DNA from: Vicugna vicugna
Taxonomy: Eukaryota
DNA length: 64,000 bases
Reading direction: 5' to 3'
Assembly (NCBI GenBank): GCA_013265495.1
Contig: MU058289.1
Span: forward strand, 1,919,451-1,983,450
Positions 10,401-22,317 of the stretch are shown piece after piece. The notes below the pieces were generated by a model. The model had not been told where the DNA came from. It did not search any database and saw only the letters and a program-made list of their open reading frames with translations. The translations under genes were made by a program, and so were the position numbers. Each line of letters begins with the position of its first letter. Position 1 is the stretch's first letter.

Positions 10401-13400
10401 CACTGAGGCTTCTTCTGCAGGATTAAACGTCATTCCTTCTAATGACTTGATTTATGTCTGGAGGTTTATAGCTCCAAACAAAATATTGTGATGATGGCAA
10501 TAAATCACACGGGGGATGCTTACAACAGCGACTAGCATGTTTTCTGTTTGTTAGGGAGGTGATTACAGAATGAGGGGCTGCTGTGTAACAGCTCATGTGG
10601 CGCGTGGAGTGCCCAGGACACTGGCAGCGTCAGGTAGAGGGGCACCTGAACAGGATGTATCAGGCTTTGAATGCCTGAGGCCTTTGTGAGAATCTGTGGT
10701 TGGAGATGGTGGGGATTTTGGAAGAGCTGGAAATCCACAGGAAGGCACTATCCTGGACGCCAGGAGGGGCAGGGCACATGGGTGGCGGGCATCCTGAGAA
10801 TATCATTTCCAGCTTTCAACCACTGTCTGCCCTGCTGCATCTCCGACTGAGAGCACAAGCCAGCTGAGATCGGGGCCCAGGAATCCATGTGTGCCTCCAG
10901 AGGTTATACCATTCCTCTGTGTAAGGACAGCTTCTGGAACACACTTGGGCCATTTTCCTGTCTTGGGTTGGGAGAGGACCTGGATGGGTCAGGCTAAGGT
11001 GGTGCTGCAGAGCTGAGCTCCTGGGAAGAATGAGGACTAGTCGGGCTGCAGAGGACCCTGGGCTGGCATCTCTCACTGAGATGCTCTGGGATTGGCTGTC
11101 CTTGTGAGGCAGGACAGAGGCTGGAGATGGCATGCGGGGAGGTGCACACTCGAGAGGCTGTCCCAGAATAACCTGGACTGTTCCCACCAGCCCAGCTGAA
11201 GCTCCATTCTGGCCAGAAGTCTGTGGCAGCACGAGACTCCTTATTGGTAAAATGAATCCCATTCATGGCCTCAAAGCCGGAGGTGGGGGATGAGGAGCAG
11301 GGGTTGGGAGGTGATGGGAGGAGGCAGGACCGGGGTCAAGTTTCTGGGGAAGGTCTGCTCATCAAATGGGAACGCAGTAGCTCTTCTGGCCCCTGGACTC
11401 TCTTCCTAGGCAAAGAGATGTATTCTCAGAGGAGCTCCATGGCCTTAAATGCCACATCAAAGACAGGGTGCTCATTGGAGGTCATGATACGGGGTGACTC
11501 AGGGCTGCCAGGCACTGGGAAAAAGTGATCCTTGACCAGATAATGACCCCAGCTGCTGCTCTGGCACATCTAACTGGGAGATGTGGGTGGGGAAATCTGG
11601 GTAGGGGGAGGCTCATGTGCTATACACAGGGTGCCTTCCACGTCAGATGTGATGCAGCACAGGTGAAGGGGAGATGGTAGGTGGCTGGGACACTGACAGC
11701 AGCTGGGATAATGCACAGGTAGCGGGTGGGATGGGATGAGCATGGCATGTGAGTGGTGGTGGATGATGGGTGGATGCTTGGTGGATGGGGGCTGGATGGA
11801 AAGTGGATAGTGGGTGAAGGGGTTGAGGTCCAGGGAAAGGGTTTGCGATGGAGGCTAGGTGAGAACTGTGGCTGGACAAGTGGGTAGCTGGAGGGGAGAT
11901 GGAGAGAGAAGGAAGTTACACAGGCACAGGCAGGTGCAGTCCAGCCCCACTGGCCAAAGACGTAGCCTCTGGTTGTGCCTTCCCTGAGGACAAGATGGAC
12001 AGGAAACTCCAGCCTCCCTGACCGTCTTTGGCTTCCCTGATGCTCAGGAGGTGGCTTAGGTGACAGCAGCAGTGACAGCTCCAAGTCAAAGAAAAACCAG
12101 GGCTCCCTTTGACCCCCTTGGGCCCCGAGTGTACATCCTGGTGGCTTAGAAAGATGGCACTTCTCTTTCCATTAAATGCTGAAAGCAATCTCCAACATCA
12201 GAAGACAAAGCTTCTGTCCATCTCTGATTAAAACAAGGACCAAAAAAATGTTTGTTTTATAAAGTCTGGCCAATTTTGATAATGAAACCTTTAGAACATA
12301 TAATACCGAAACCTTTCTAATTCCAGGCAGATAAGGAATGATGGTAATGTATTTCAACTTCAGAAGCAAGAAATAACCTTTTATCACCTAATTTAACAAT
12401 GTTAGTGGGAAAATATGTTAGGAGAATGTAAAAATGCTATTTAAATGATAAAATATGCTGTCTTGGATGCCAAGGATTTTAATTGCCACACTCAGAGTCT
12501 AAACACACTTTCACGCCAGCTCCAACAGACACCGCTAATGACATGGTGTCTGTCACGAGGCACCAAGGAGAGGGTCAGCATCGACTTCCACCGTCTCCCT
12601 CGGGATCTGCCAAAACCCGACAGCTGTCTGGGCTCCGCAGTGCTCATCCGCATCCTTGCCTTGTGAAGTATGAACCGGTTTGGTATTAATATTAATCAGC
12701 CAACACATCAATATTAATCAGTTAATATATACTTCCCATGACAACAAGAGATAAAGGAATCTTATTACGTGGGGAATCAGGGAACACGGAATATCTAAGT
12801 GGATTTCCTTGGGATGCACGGTCTGAAGGAACCTAAGCCTCTTAGGCGTGTCATCTCTGTACAGAATGGAACTGGGGCGCATGCGTGGGCAGAGTCAAGA
12901 GCAGGAAATGCCTTGGGGGTGATGGTGAATCCTCTCCAGGGGCAGGGAGATGTTCCCCTGGTTGGCAAGCAGGTTGGTGGGACTGCGGTGGGTGCGGCCG
13001 GCCCCCACAACCCTTCCTCTCCAAGGAGGAGTCCTTCCCAGGGGAAGCAGACTTTACAGCTCAGAAGGAGAGAACACAATGACTCTGTTCTCAACCCCCA
13101 ACCCTCCTGATCCTGGTGGAGGGGGAGCTTTGCTTCTGGAATTACTTATCTGGAACCTGGTGGGTACTGAGGACACAAGGGTGTCTCATGCACTTAGCAG
13201 AGAGGGTCTTGCTCTTTCTGTTTTGTATGAGCGCATGAGTCTCAGAGAGGTTCCTTAGGTTGCTGGCATCCATGCTGCTGGCCTTGTGGGTGGCAGAGCT
13301 GGCATCCAGGCCAGACCTGTCCAACTCTATGACCTCATTCTAACCATTATGCAACACTGCCTGCTAGTGTTTGGGGACAGTGGTCTGGCCAGACAGGGGT

Positions 13401-14802
13401 GTCACAGCAGGTCTCACAGAGCCACAAGGTCAGATTGGGCACCAGGGTCTTGGCCTTGGGCTGCCCACTCTGGGCTTTCTGGGGAGGCCAGCCTGCAGGG
13501 CAGCAGCAGGGGGTGTGCAGAGGGTAGAACTTTCTCCACAGAGGACCGCCTTCCTGCATGCTCGCTCGCAGTTTCCAGAGGCAAAAGCACATCTGAGCAC
13601 AATTAACATTTTAAGCACTAATTATTTTACTTGGGTGTCTAAGTCTGAGCATCCTTCAATTTCAGTTTAATTGGAGAAAAATGGTCATCAGTTATTGAAC
13701 AGCGGGAGGGCGGCTCCATGCTTCCCCAACACCGAGCCAAGCTGAGAATCATCAGAACATATGGGTCCCCGCGGCAGCAGCCGGGCAGCCGTGACAGGCG
13801 AAGGTGCGGTGGGCGGGCCTTGGGCACCCTGCCCCGCCATCCCTGACATCTGCTGGGAAGGCTTTGGGGCCAAGTTAATTACTCGCCTTTTTGTCTTTCC
13901 CATTTTGTTCCATTTTCTGCAACAGCATCTGTTGCAAGAAAACCAACTGCAAGAGAAAATGGGATTCATCATCAAAAGGGACCTTATAGCATCCCCTTCC
14001 CTCCCCCTTGTACTTGATAATAATCTGAGCTCACAATGAAATTCTCAGGCCCTCCCCCGCATGGCTGGGAGGGTTGGGGGCCGGGACGGGTTGCCCTTGG
14101 CTGTGGCTGAGGGACACAGGGGTGTCCTGCATGGGAAGCTCAATCTGAGGGGCTCAGGCCAGTGCCCACGGCTGCCCCTGCCCTCCCCTGGGGGTGGGCA
14201 CCCCAGTGTCCAAGGTCTTATGGGAGAATCACGAGGTTTTGGTTTCCACACTTGTGGAAAACTAAAAGGAATGTTTTATTTTGCTCTGCCTATTTTTCAT
14301 TTTGGTCCTCTGTGGGTAACCAATTAAGAGAATCAATAGTTCTGGATCCCTGACAGAGAGATGAGAAGGTGGGTCCCAGGAGCCTGGCTGCTGGCGGAGT
14401 GGGGTTGTGGTGTTCTCTTCTGGCAGTCTCTGCAGACTGTATGGTCTGGCCCACAGCTGGGGAAGGGCGGTGGGGAGGGAAGGGTGGCTCAGGACACAGA
14501 GAGGTTCTAATTTTGTGGCTTCTCCTCAGAGACAGACCCTCAGGCCCACGCAGCCCCAGGGAAGAATGCACAAGAGACTCTCGGTAGGAAGGGTCTGCCC
14601 CACTGCATGCCCTCACTGGGGACCAGAGTCCCTGGTGCAGTCCTGCAAAAACTGAGTGCAGTTGTGACCCTCTGTGGACATGGGACAGGCCCCTGCCCAA
14701 GAACACATCCTCCAGAACCCCCAATGACCCCACTCGGTAATCTCCCCTAGTCACACCCTGTGACCCCACTCACTGACCCCATCAGAGTCTCCTAAGTGAC
14801 CC

Positions 14803-16155
14803 TGAGACAGGAGGGAAGGGGGCAGGGCACAACCATTAAAAGAATGACACAGCCATTGATGACAAGATAAAAAACTGGTTAGAATCTACTACGCCCAAGA
14901 TGGCAGAAGATTCCACTTCCACTAGACCTCGAGCCTCATTATATGCTCACTGTAACACACCAGCTTGCTAAGTGATACCCGCAGGCTCCACGACAGTTCT
15001 GAGGCTGACTGCCAAAAGCCAAAAAGTGGGCAGTGGCCAATTCTGGGAAATCCCCTCCCCTTCCCCAAAGTAGCTGGAATAATCCTCCCACTTGTGAGCA
15101 CGTGAAGTGACCGAGCCCTTAAAACCAACAAGCCTGCACCTGTGGCCTCTCTCTCTCCCCCTCTCTCACCTTCTGAGACGGCCCACACTCTGTCTAGGGA
15201 GTGTGTATCTACTTTTACTCTAAACTAAATGCCCCCAATGAAGTCGTTCTGTCTTATTCATGATTTAACTTGAAATTGATGCTAACTAGAGCAGTCTGCT
15301 TTATGGCCTATGGAACTCGCAGTGTACATCTGCTTTAGCCATTAAAAAAAAGAATTCATTTAACAGCCCAAATGGAGTAACCGTGGTTCAGGCATCCAGA
15401 ATGGAGCCAGGTGGCCACTGTGGATGTGGTTCCAGACATGTTCCTGCATCACTGAGAACCTGAATCTTCTGATCTGTATCAGATGCAAGGACACCACCAG
15501 CCATTCTCAAAATAGCATCTGCCAGCATCTGCCAGCTGCGGCCTTATGGTCTCAAGGTCTCCCCTTGTAACTGTGCAACCATTTCAGACTCCAACCAACC
15601 CTTGCTTAACAAGCACCCTTGCTTTTTGCCAGCTCCAATTATAATTCTTGACAAACAACTTACATAATTGTGTGGTTTTTGCCTTTATTAGCCTCCCCAA
15701 TTTTGTAGTCTGGAAGAACACAATTCAAGTGCTTCTTGAATGTGCGTCTCCCAGGCTGTAGCCCTCAGTTTGGCCCAAATAAGTCTTTTCTATTCCCATT
15801 AAAAACATAAACAAAACAAAACTAAACTAAACTAAACCAAACATCCCCACACCTCACAGCCTCTCACCTTTTGAGATGGCCAGCATTCTGCCTATGGAAT
15901 GTGCATCTCCTAAGCCACTCTCACTTTCAAGACCACCTCATCTCCTGGGACGGCCACTTTGCCTTCTGAGACAGCCCACATTCTGTCTATGGAGTGTCTA
16001 TCTCCCTGAATAAACTCGCTTTCACTTAACTATGGATCACTCTGGAAATCTTTTCTGTGCAAAGCCAAGAATCCTCACTTGTCAGGGTGTATCCCAGGGA
16101 CTTGCCCAAGACCTGGGACATGACCAACCTCTCACACCCCATTTTTCCTGCAACA
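14803..16155 (+). mobile_element. ERV1-like solo LTR with 4-bp TSD, containing a nested insertion
   Basis: Starts TG (tgagacagg) and ends CA (ctgcaaca), with ACCC flanking both ends (14799-14802, 16156-16159). AATAAA near 16009. YY1-like CAAGATGGC at 14896-14904. Confidence 0.82.
15230..15821 (+). mobile_element. LTR-derived insert ending in an A-rich tail, flanked by a CTAAACTAAA duplication
   Basis: The 3' end resembles an ERV1 LTR R region (tctcccaggctgtagccctcagtttggcccaaataag). A-rich tail from 15801. CTAAACTAAA at 15220-15229 and again from 15822. Confidence 0.65.
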
Positions 16156-16844
16156 ACCCCATGCTGTCACCACCCTGCTCAGGACACTCTTCTTGGGCCC
16201 CATTTCTCTTTCAGCTTCCAGACTCCTCCTGACTCTCCTCCTCAGGGAGGGGCCCCTCTTCCCAGGCAGGCCTGACACAGAGCACTCTGATGCGGGGTCT
16301 GGGTCCTCCCAGCCCTGACCCCTCTGGCTTGCCCCAGTGCTGTGGCCCCTCAGTTGTGTCAGCTGCCTCGGACAACCTTAGCTCTGGTTGCACTTTATAG
16401 AGGCCCTCGGGCCCTGCAGGACTTAGGTGATGCCGCCTGTGGACAGATGAAAGGCAGGACCCATCCAGAGATTTGAGCGCCTACTGTGGCCCCACCTGGC
16501 CTGATGTGTGCAATTAACGACCCCAGTCATCTCACAAATGTGTGAGCCCACTGCACAGTGCCCACCCTTGGCAAGGGGCCCCTGCCTCCCTTCTCCTAAG
16601 GCTCTGATCCTAGAAGACTGGGTCTCCCATCTCAGCAGCCCACCCACAGTGCCCAGAGACCACCCTGGGGGCCAGCCAGGGAAGAGCGGGCACTGCCCTG
16701 CTCCTGAACTGACCCCGTGTTCCTGTCAGTGAGGGCATTTGCTGATTCCAGGCAGACCTATAGAAGCTCTGGACCCTTACAGAAGCCCACCAGGCTGGTG
16801 TGATTTTGACCCAACTGACCCATGAAGAGATCAAGATGCATACG

Positions 16845-16928
16845 TGTTAAGCAGCCCATGGGCGCACAGCTGGTCATGGCTGAGCTGGGATTTGAATCCA
16901 GTGGTCCTTGGTCCCAGGGTCTGCTTTC
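16845..16928 (-). mobile_element. MIR fragment
   Basis: cacagctggtcatggctgagctgggatttgaatccag. Confidence 0.6.
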
Positions 16929-16999
16929 CTCCCCATCTACTGCTTTCTTTCTTTCTTTTTCCCCCCCCAATTCTTTCGTTGACTTTATTATTTAAAAAA

Positions 17000-17332
17000 C
17001 TTTTTAAAATTGAAGTATAGTCAATTTACAATGTTGTGTTAGTTTCTGGTGTATAGCACAGTTATTCAGTTATATATATATATATATTCCTTTCCATATT
17101 CTTTTTCACAATAGGTTATTACAAGATATTGAACATAGTTTCCTGTGCTATACAGTAGGACCTTGTTTATCTGTTTTATATATAGTAGCTAGTACCTGCT
17201 AATCCCGAACTCCCAATCTATCCTTCCTCATGTCCTTTCCCTCCTGGCAACCATAGATTTGTTTTCTATGTCTGTGAGTCTGTTTCTGTTTTGTAAATAA
17301 ATTCATTTGTGTCATTTTTCTAGATTCCACAT
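17000..17332 (-). mobile_element. L1 3' UTR fragment, 5'-truncated, relatively young artiodactyl type
   Basis: ttgaagtatagtcaatttacaatgttgtgttagtttctggtgtatagc ... cctgtgctatacagtaggacc ... tctatgtctgtgagtctgtttctg ... tagattccacat. Confidence 0.88.
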
Positions 17333-17562
17333 GGAGCTGTTCACGCCCGCAGGCAGGGCTGCCCTTCCTGAAGCAAACGGGACTCTCCATCCACTGGACC
17401 ACAGTTAGAGCTTGTTAGGAGTGTGGACTTTGTAGCTGCACCCCCAGTGGATGCAGGGGGAGCCAAGAGCAGCCTTCAAGCTGCTTCCACGATCTCCACC
17501 AAAAAGCCATACCCTACGTGTGTAGGTGAACATAAGTTCAAAGCTTAAAAGGCTTCCTTAGG

Positions 17563-17820
17563 GTTTTTTTGGTCATGAAACAATTCATCACACAAAAGAA
17601 TATACATAACATATAATGTTCACAATATAAAGGAAAAAACCCACAAACATCCAGGTAATTCACTACCCAGCATAAGAAAAAGCTTTGTTAATATTATCAG
17701 TATCACCCAGAATCCCTCTGCCCCTCTCAGACATCCCCATCCTGCCCGGCCAGGGTAACCACTACACTGAATTCTGTGTTTGTCACTTTCTTGTCTTTTA
17801 AATGTCTTTTTTCTTTTTTT
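17563..17820 (-). mobile_element. Old L1 (L1ME-like) 3' fragment
   Basis: cactacccagcataagaaa ... ggtaaccactacactgaattctgtgtttgtca. Confidence 0.55.
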
Positions 17821-17859
17821 GCATTCGCTTCTCCTCCTAAGAAAAATATTTGTTTTTGC

Positions 17860-17980
17860 AAGGTAGCTTGGAATTGGCCACACTGCGGACATTTACACCA
17901 CAGAAATTGGCAAATGCTACCAATCAGAGATTTGTTTGTTTGTCTCCTGCCCCCAAAACACGTTTACCAGCATGTGTCTG
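17860..17980. mobile_element. MER63-like fragment, opposite orientation to the copy at 7.1 kb
   Basis: gtagcttggaattggcc...atttacaccacagaaattggcaaatgctac...cgtttaccagca is the reverse complement of motifs in the 7138-7328 element. Confidence 0.6.
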
Positions 17981-18744
17981 GTTGGAAGCCACCTCCAGGA
18001 GGAAGGCATCACCTTCCAGAACAGGTTCCTGTCAGCGGAGGTCAAATCTCTGATTAAGGGTGCAGCTGTGAGCTATCAGCAGCCCTCACTCACGGTGGCG
18101 GGTAATGGGCGCAGCCACCGGGGACGCAGATTTGGGCAGGGCACCCACAGCATCCACAACAAGAGTTACAGCAAGACCCAGATGAGAAGTGGCCTCACAA
18201 ATCTGCCCCTTCGTTTTTTACTCTACGGCTCACAGTATTTACAGGCCACTTCCTGGAGTCAAGCACATGCCTACCAGAGCTCTTCCCAACCTGAAGTTAT
18301 TTATGACTTGGCATTCAGGGAGGAAAAGCAATTTTCTCGAAATGTCTCATGTCATGATATATAGTCCTTTTGACATGCATGTGCCAAACCCGATTGCTCT
18401 GCTGGTCTGCCCCTCAATTACTATTACCCTGAATTAAAAAGGAGAATTAATGTTGCTTGGCAGGATATGAACTCAAGTGGCATCCAAAGAAAATGCTTAG
18501 AGCATCTTCTAGAAAAATACATACCTTGGAAGAAACTACAAAATGCACCAGTTTTTTAGCCAGAGCATTGTCTCCTAGAGCTCTTTGGGTAAGTGATGCT
18601 GGAGGAAAGTCCAGCCTCCTGGCTCAAGGAGTCCCCCTCCTAGCTAATTCTGTCTGCATGGCTGTGTACAGGTCACACCTCCCACCTGAACTGCACTAAG
18701 GAACATGCTGCCTGGGTCCAGGTATGCCGTGACAGTGAACTCTA

Positions 18745-19152
18745 AGAACATGCCCACAAACAGACGAATGGGTAAACAAATTATGGCAAATCCATCCAAT
18801 GGAGTGTTACTGTCTGTAAAAAGACACAGCTACTGATACACATGGCAACGTGGATGAAATTCACAGGCGTCACGCTGAACAGACGAAGCCATACTGTATG
18901 TGCTGCGGGGTCTCACCTACGTGAAATTCTACAACAGGCAAAACTAATCTCTAGTGATGGAATAAGATCGGTGGTTGCCTGGGGGGATAGGGGCGGAGTG
19001 GGCTGAGTGAGCAGGGGTATGAAAAAAATGTTCTAGGGTGAGGGAAATGTTTTATATCTCGATTGGGGTGATGGCATTCATTTGTCAGGACTCTCTGACA
19101 ACAAATGTGGTTTTTTGTGTATAAAGTATACCTTGATGAAATTGATTAAAAA
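18745..19152 (+). mobile_element. Old L1 (L1MC/ME-like) 3' end
   Basis: gaatgggtaaacaaattatgg...caatggagtgttac, caacgtggatgaa, acaggcaaaactaatct, gtggttgcctgggg, ggaaatgttttatatctcgatt. Confidence 0.75.
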
Positions 19153-19496
19153 TTGCGTGAACATGTTTTAGAACTCTAAGGTGCCATGTTAGAAAAAAAT
19201 GCTCTTTTTGTTTTGCAGAGATTGTGCTTGTAGCTCAGAAACCAAATGGCAATACCTGGAAGGAAAAGGTTTTTAGGAAACTGAAAAAAAGAAGTGAATT
19301 TATTAACATCAGCTACAGTTAATTTTCAATGATCCTCGAGTAAGCGAAGCAATTTGGAAAAACTGCTCCCCCACAATTAAGGCTTAAGCACATGTGGGTT
19401 GGAGGGGTCAGGAGAGTGAGGGCTGGGAGCTGGAGGTGAACACTGTGGGGAGGCTGGGATTAGATAAGATTTGGGGGATGATGGGGTGCAGTGGCC

Positions 19497-22025
19497 ACTG
19501 TTGAAGCACAGTGACACTGCTCACATACAAGTTTCCTTCCAGAGATCACTCTCAGCTGTGGAAAGTTGCCTCACCCAAGGTCGCATCTTCCCTGGGGCTG
19601 CCGGTATCCAGTGACTGGTTGATGTAGACCATAAAGGCTCCAGCCCCTTGCATCAATTTAGGAGGACTGGCTGATTAAATCACAGTCTGACTTCTCCCTC
19701 TGCCCACTCTTACTTCCCTCCCTTTCCCAACTCCCCCTCCCAGCCCCCGCGCCCCACATTCCCTGCACTTCCTGAATATGCTCTGCAAGAATCTGACAGT
19801 TGGTACCAGTGGTTTGAAAAAGCAGATGCTAGGATGAAGTATTAGGGTCGAATCACATGATGACCAGCCAGCAACAAGGACCCCAGACCTGGCAGTAGGT
19901 AGAGCAACAGACAGCCCTTGGCAAGAGGCAGTAATGCAATTGTTAAAACTTTTACTGGTGGTGAACTAGGATGGCATACCAGTAGAAGGAAATGAACTGG
20001 TGTCTACAAAAATGTATGAGATGTTTGAGAAATATAGGGCAAACGGTAATTTAGGGACAACGGAATTGGTTGTCTATCGCCTCTTTGGCAGCTTATCAAA
20101 AGACTCTCATCTTCTGCAGCAAGAAGACCAGTCTCAGGACTTCATTGTAAGAGAAGTGGAGTAGTGGAGTGAGAAGATTAATTCTCAGCAATGTCAGGCA
20201 CCTGATGGGGGAAGGGATGGGACCCTGAGAAACGGGATGGGGACATCTGGATTGATGCATGTGAAGAGGAAAGGGACTATACTCCTGAGAGAAGTGAAGG
20301 ACCCAGGAAACAGGTACCAGTAGGAGCCAGGTGTATACATAGAACTTGATTCGGAGGGCGTTAGACAAGAAAGCAGAACATCAAGCTGGAAAGGGAGGAA
20401 CAATTTATAGGGGAGCATTCTCTTGAGATACAGGATTTAAGAGTATGGCCAGGACCAAAGATGGTGATGCTAACATGCTGCTATGATAGCTCTGAGAAAC
20501 ACAGAGAAGGTGACGGTCCACACAAATGAAGCAGAAATGACAGAACTGCTGTGGCAGACAGTGAAGGAAGAGATCAAAAGGCTCACAAAGGTGATCATGC
20601 CGGGTAATCTGTGGAAGGCTGGAGAACCCATGGCATGACTGTTTTGTAGGAGGGCCTGGAGGGTATTCCCCTGCCTAAAGTAATAGAAAATGCACTGGTG
20701 AGAGGGGCACCAGCAGCAGTGAGAAGCTCAGTTGGCTCTCCTGTGTAGAACACGGCTGGGTAGGGAGATGCCCTTACAGACCAGGATTCCTTGATATCAG
20801 TGGGGGACAACAGGATCCTGAAATAATAAAAACCACATGGTGGTGCTTAGTTACTAGAAGTGAATCCTGAGCAGCAATGTCAGAGTGGCAGCCAAGAGGA
20901 GCTAACCTGCAGAGAGCTATGAAGAAGGTTACTAGAACATGGTATTCCTAAGGGCAAGAATGATGGACAGCCAACAAAGGTGTTGACCCATACATACAAT
21001 GAGAGGAAACCAAGGATGGGACAATCAGGAGGCTGAGGGCAGCTGTCCCAATAAAATGACACAATCCCTTGGACAGTTTTCAAATCCAGAACTCAAGGAC
21101 TGAGAAGAGGTTGGGTTTCCAAGAGGAAGACCGTTATATCATCGTGGCAAGGGTTCACAGTAGTCCTTCCTCAAAGTGACCTGTGGCCATTTATTTGGAT
21201 AAGTGTACACTGCAGGGGTGTGTGGGGAATGACACCTGAACGTTTCTAGACTATTATGAATTGACATTTACACCTGGGAACTTGGCCCTTGGGGAACTGA
21301 CATGTCACTGTAGCCTCCCTGGTAGGGTGCGGGAATATAAGGGTCGGGTAATAAATGGCCCACGTCTGGCTCAAGTCAGGTTCATAGACTCCCCCTCTGA
21401 TCTCTAGATATACAATCAAAATGGACATATGTGATAGTTGGCAGAGCCCCCGTGTCCTTACCCCTGGGATAAGAGCTATCACAGTAAGGAATGCCTAATG
21501 GAAGCCTTTGAAAGTTATTAAATAACTGAGCCAAGACATTAAATCAAAGATAATATTTAATTTTCCATTTTACCATTTCTGGGGAAATGGCAGAGATTAG
21601 TGCCACCTTTAGAGATCTAAAAGATGCAGGAGTAGTCAAACCATCAAATCTTCACGTAATTCACTAGTCTAGTCCAGGAAAGTGACAAATGGTTCCTGGA
21701 GGATGACAGTAGATTGCCGCAAACTCTATCAAGTTGTAGCCCCAATTGTAACCACTGTGTCAGGTGTGGTATCTTTGCTAGATTTACGTGGCCTCGGATA
21801 CATGGTATACGGCCATGGTTTGACAAATAGATTCTTTTCCATCCCTGTCAAAAAGGAGTATCAGAAACAGTTCACACTGACTTGGAATGGACAACAGTAG
21901 ATGTTTAGTTTGCTCCAAAGCTTCTTTAACTCTCCTCTCCTCTGTCATAATACAGTCCCAATAAATTTCCTGCACATAAATCTCTGTCTCAGGGTTTTCT
22001 TTCCCAAGGAACCCAACATGCAATA
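19497..22025 (+). mobile_element. LTR16/ERVL (ERV3-16A3-like) provirus remnant: 5' LTR, primer-binding site (PBS), decayed gag-pro-pol, terminal part of 3' LTR
   Basis: LTR16-like blocks (gcctcacccaaggtc, ataaaggc, acttctccctctgccca) end in CA at 19798. PBS-like TGGTACCAG at 19801-19809 (tRNA-Leu type). RT remnant present. 3' LTR end: caataaatttcctgcac...ggaacccaac. Confidence 0.8.
21682..21955 (+). pseudogene. ERVL pol reverse transcriptase remnant
   Basis: NGSWRMTVDCRKLYQVVAPI...VVSLL...LTNRFFSIPVKKEYQKQFTLTWNGQQ* resembles ERVL RT (DGSWRMTVDYRKLNQVV..AIDLANAFFSIPV..QKQFAFSW.GQQY). In-frame stop at 21898-21900. Confidence 0.88.
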
Positions 22026-22296
22026 GGCTGGAATGGAAACAGAGCTTTGCAATCAGAGGCCAGACCTGGTTCAGGGCCTGGCAGGACTGAGGTTACAGGC
22101 AGAGCTGATTCAGACAGGCTCACGTCAACAATTGCAAGGACTAGGGTCATGACTGAAGCAAAAGGCCAGATTCTGCCTGGGATCTAAGCTGGACCAAGAA
22201 CCATAGAAATTAGGTGATTAAAACCAGGCACCACGGCATCCCTGAAAATGGGACCCTGTGGTGGTAACTGAGCCATCTGGGAGAAGGGAGGCTGTT

Positions 22297-22317
22297 TTCA
22301 GGACCACGGACAGCTCC
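22297..22317 (+). promoter_or_regulatory. RE1/NRSE-like (REST) site 2
   Basis: TTCAGGACCACGGACAGCTCC, a 19/21 match to TTCAGCACCACGGACAGCGCC. Confidence 0.6.
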
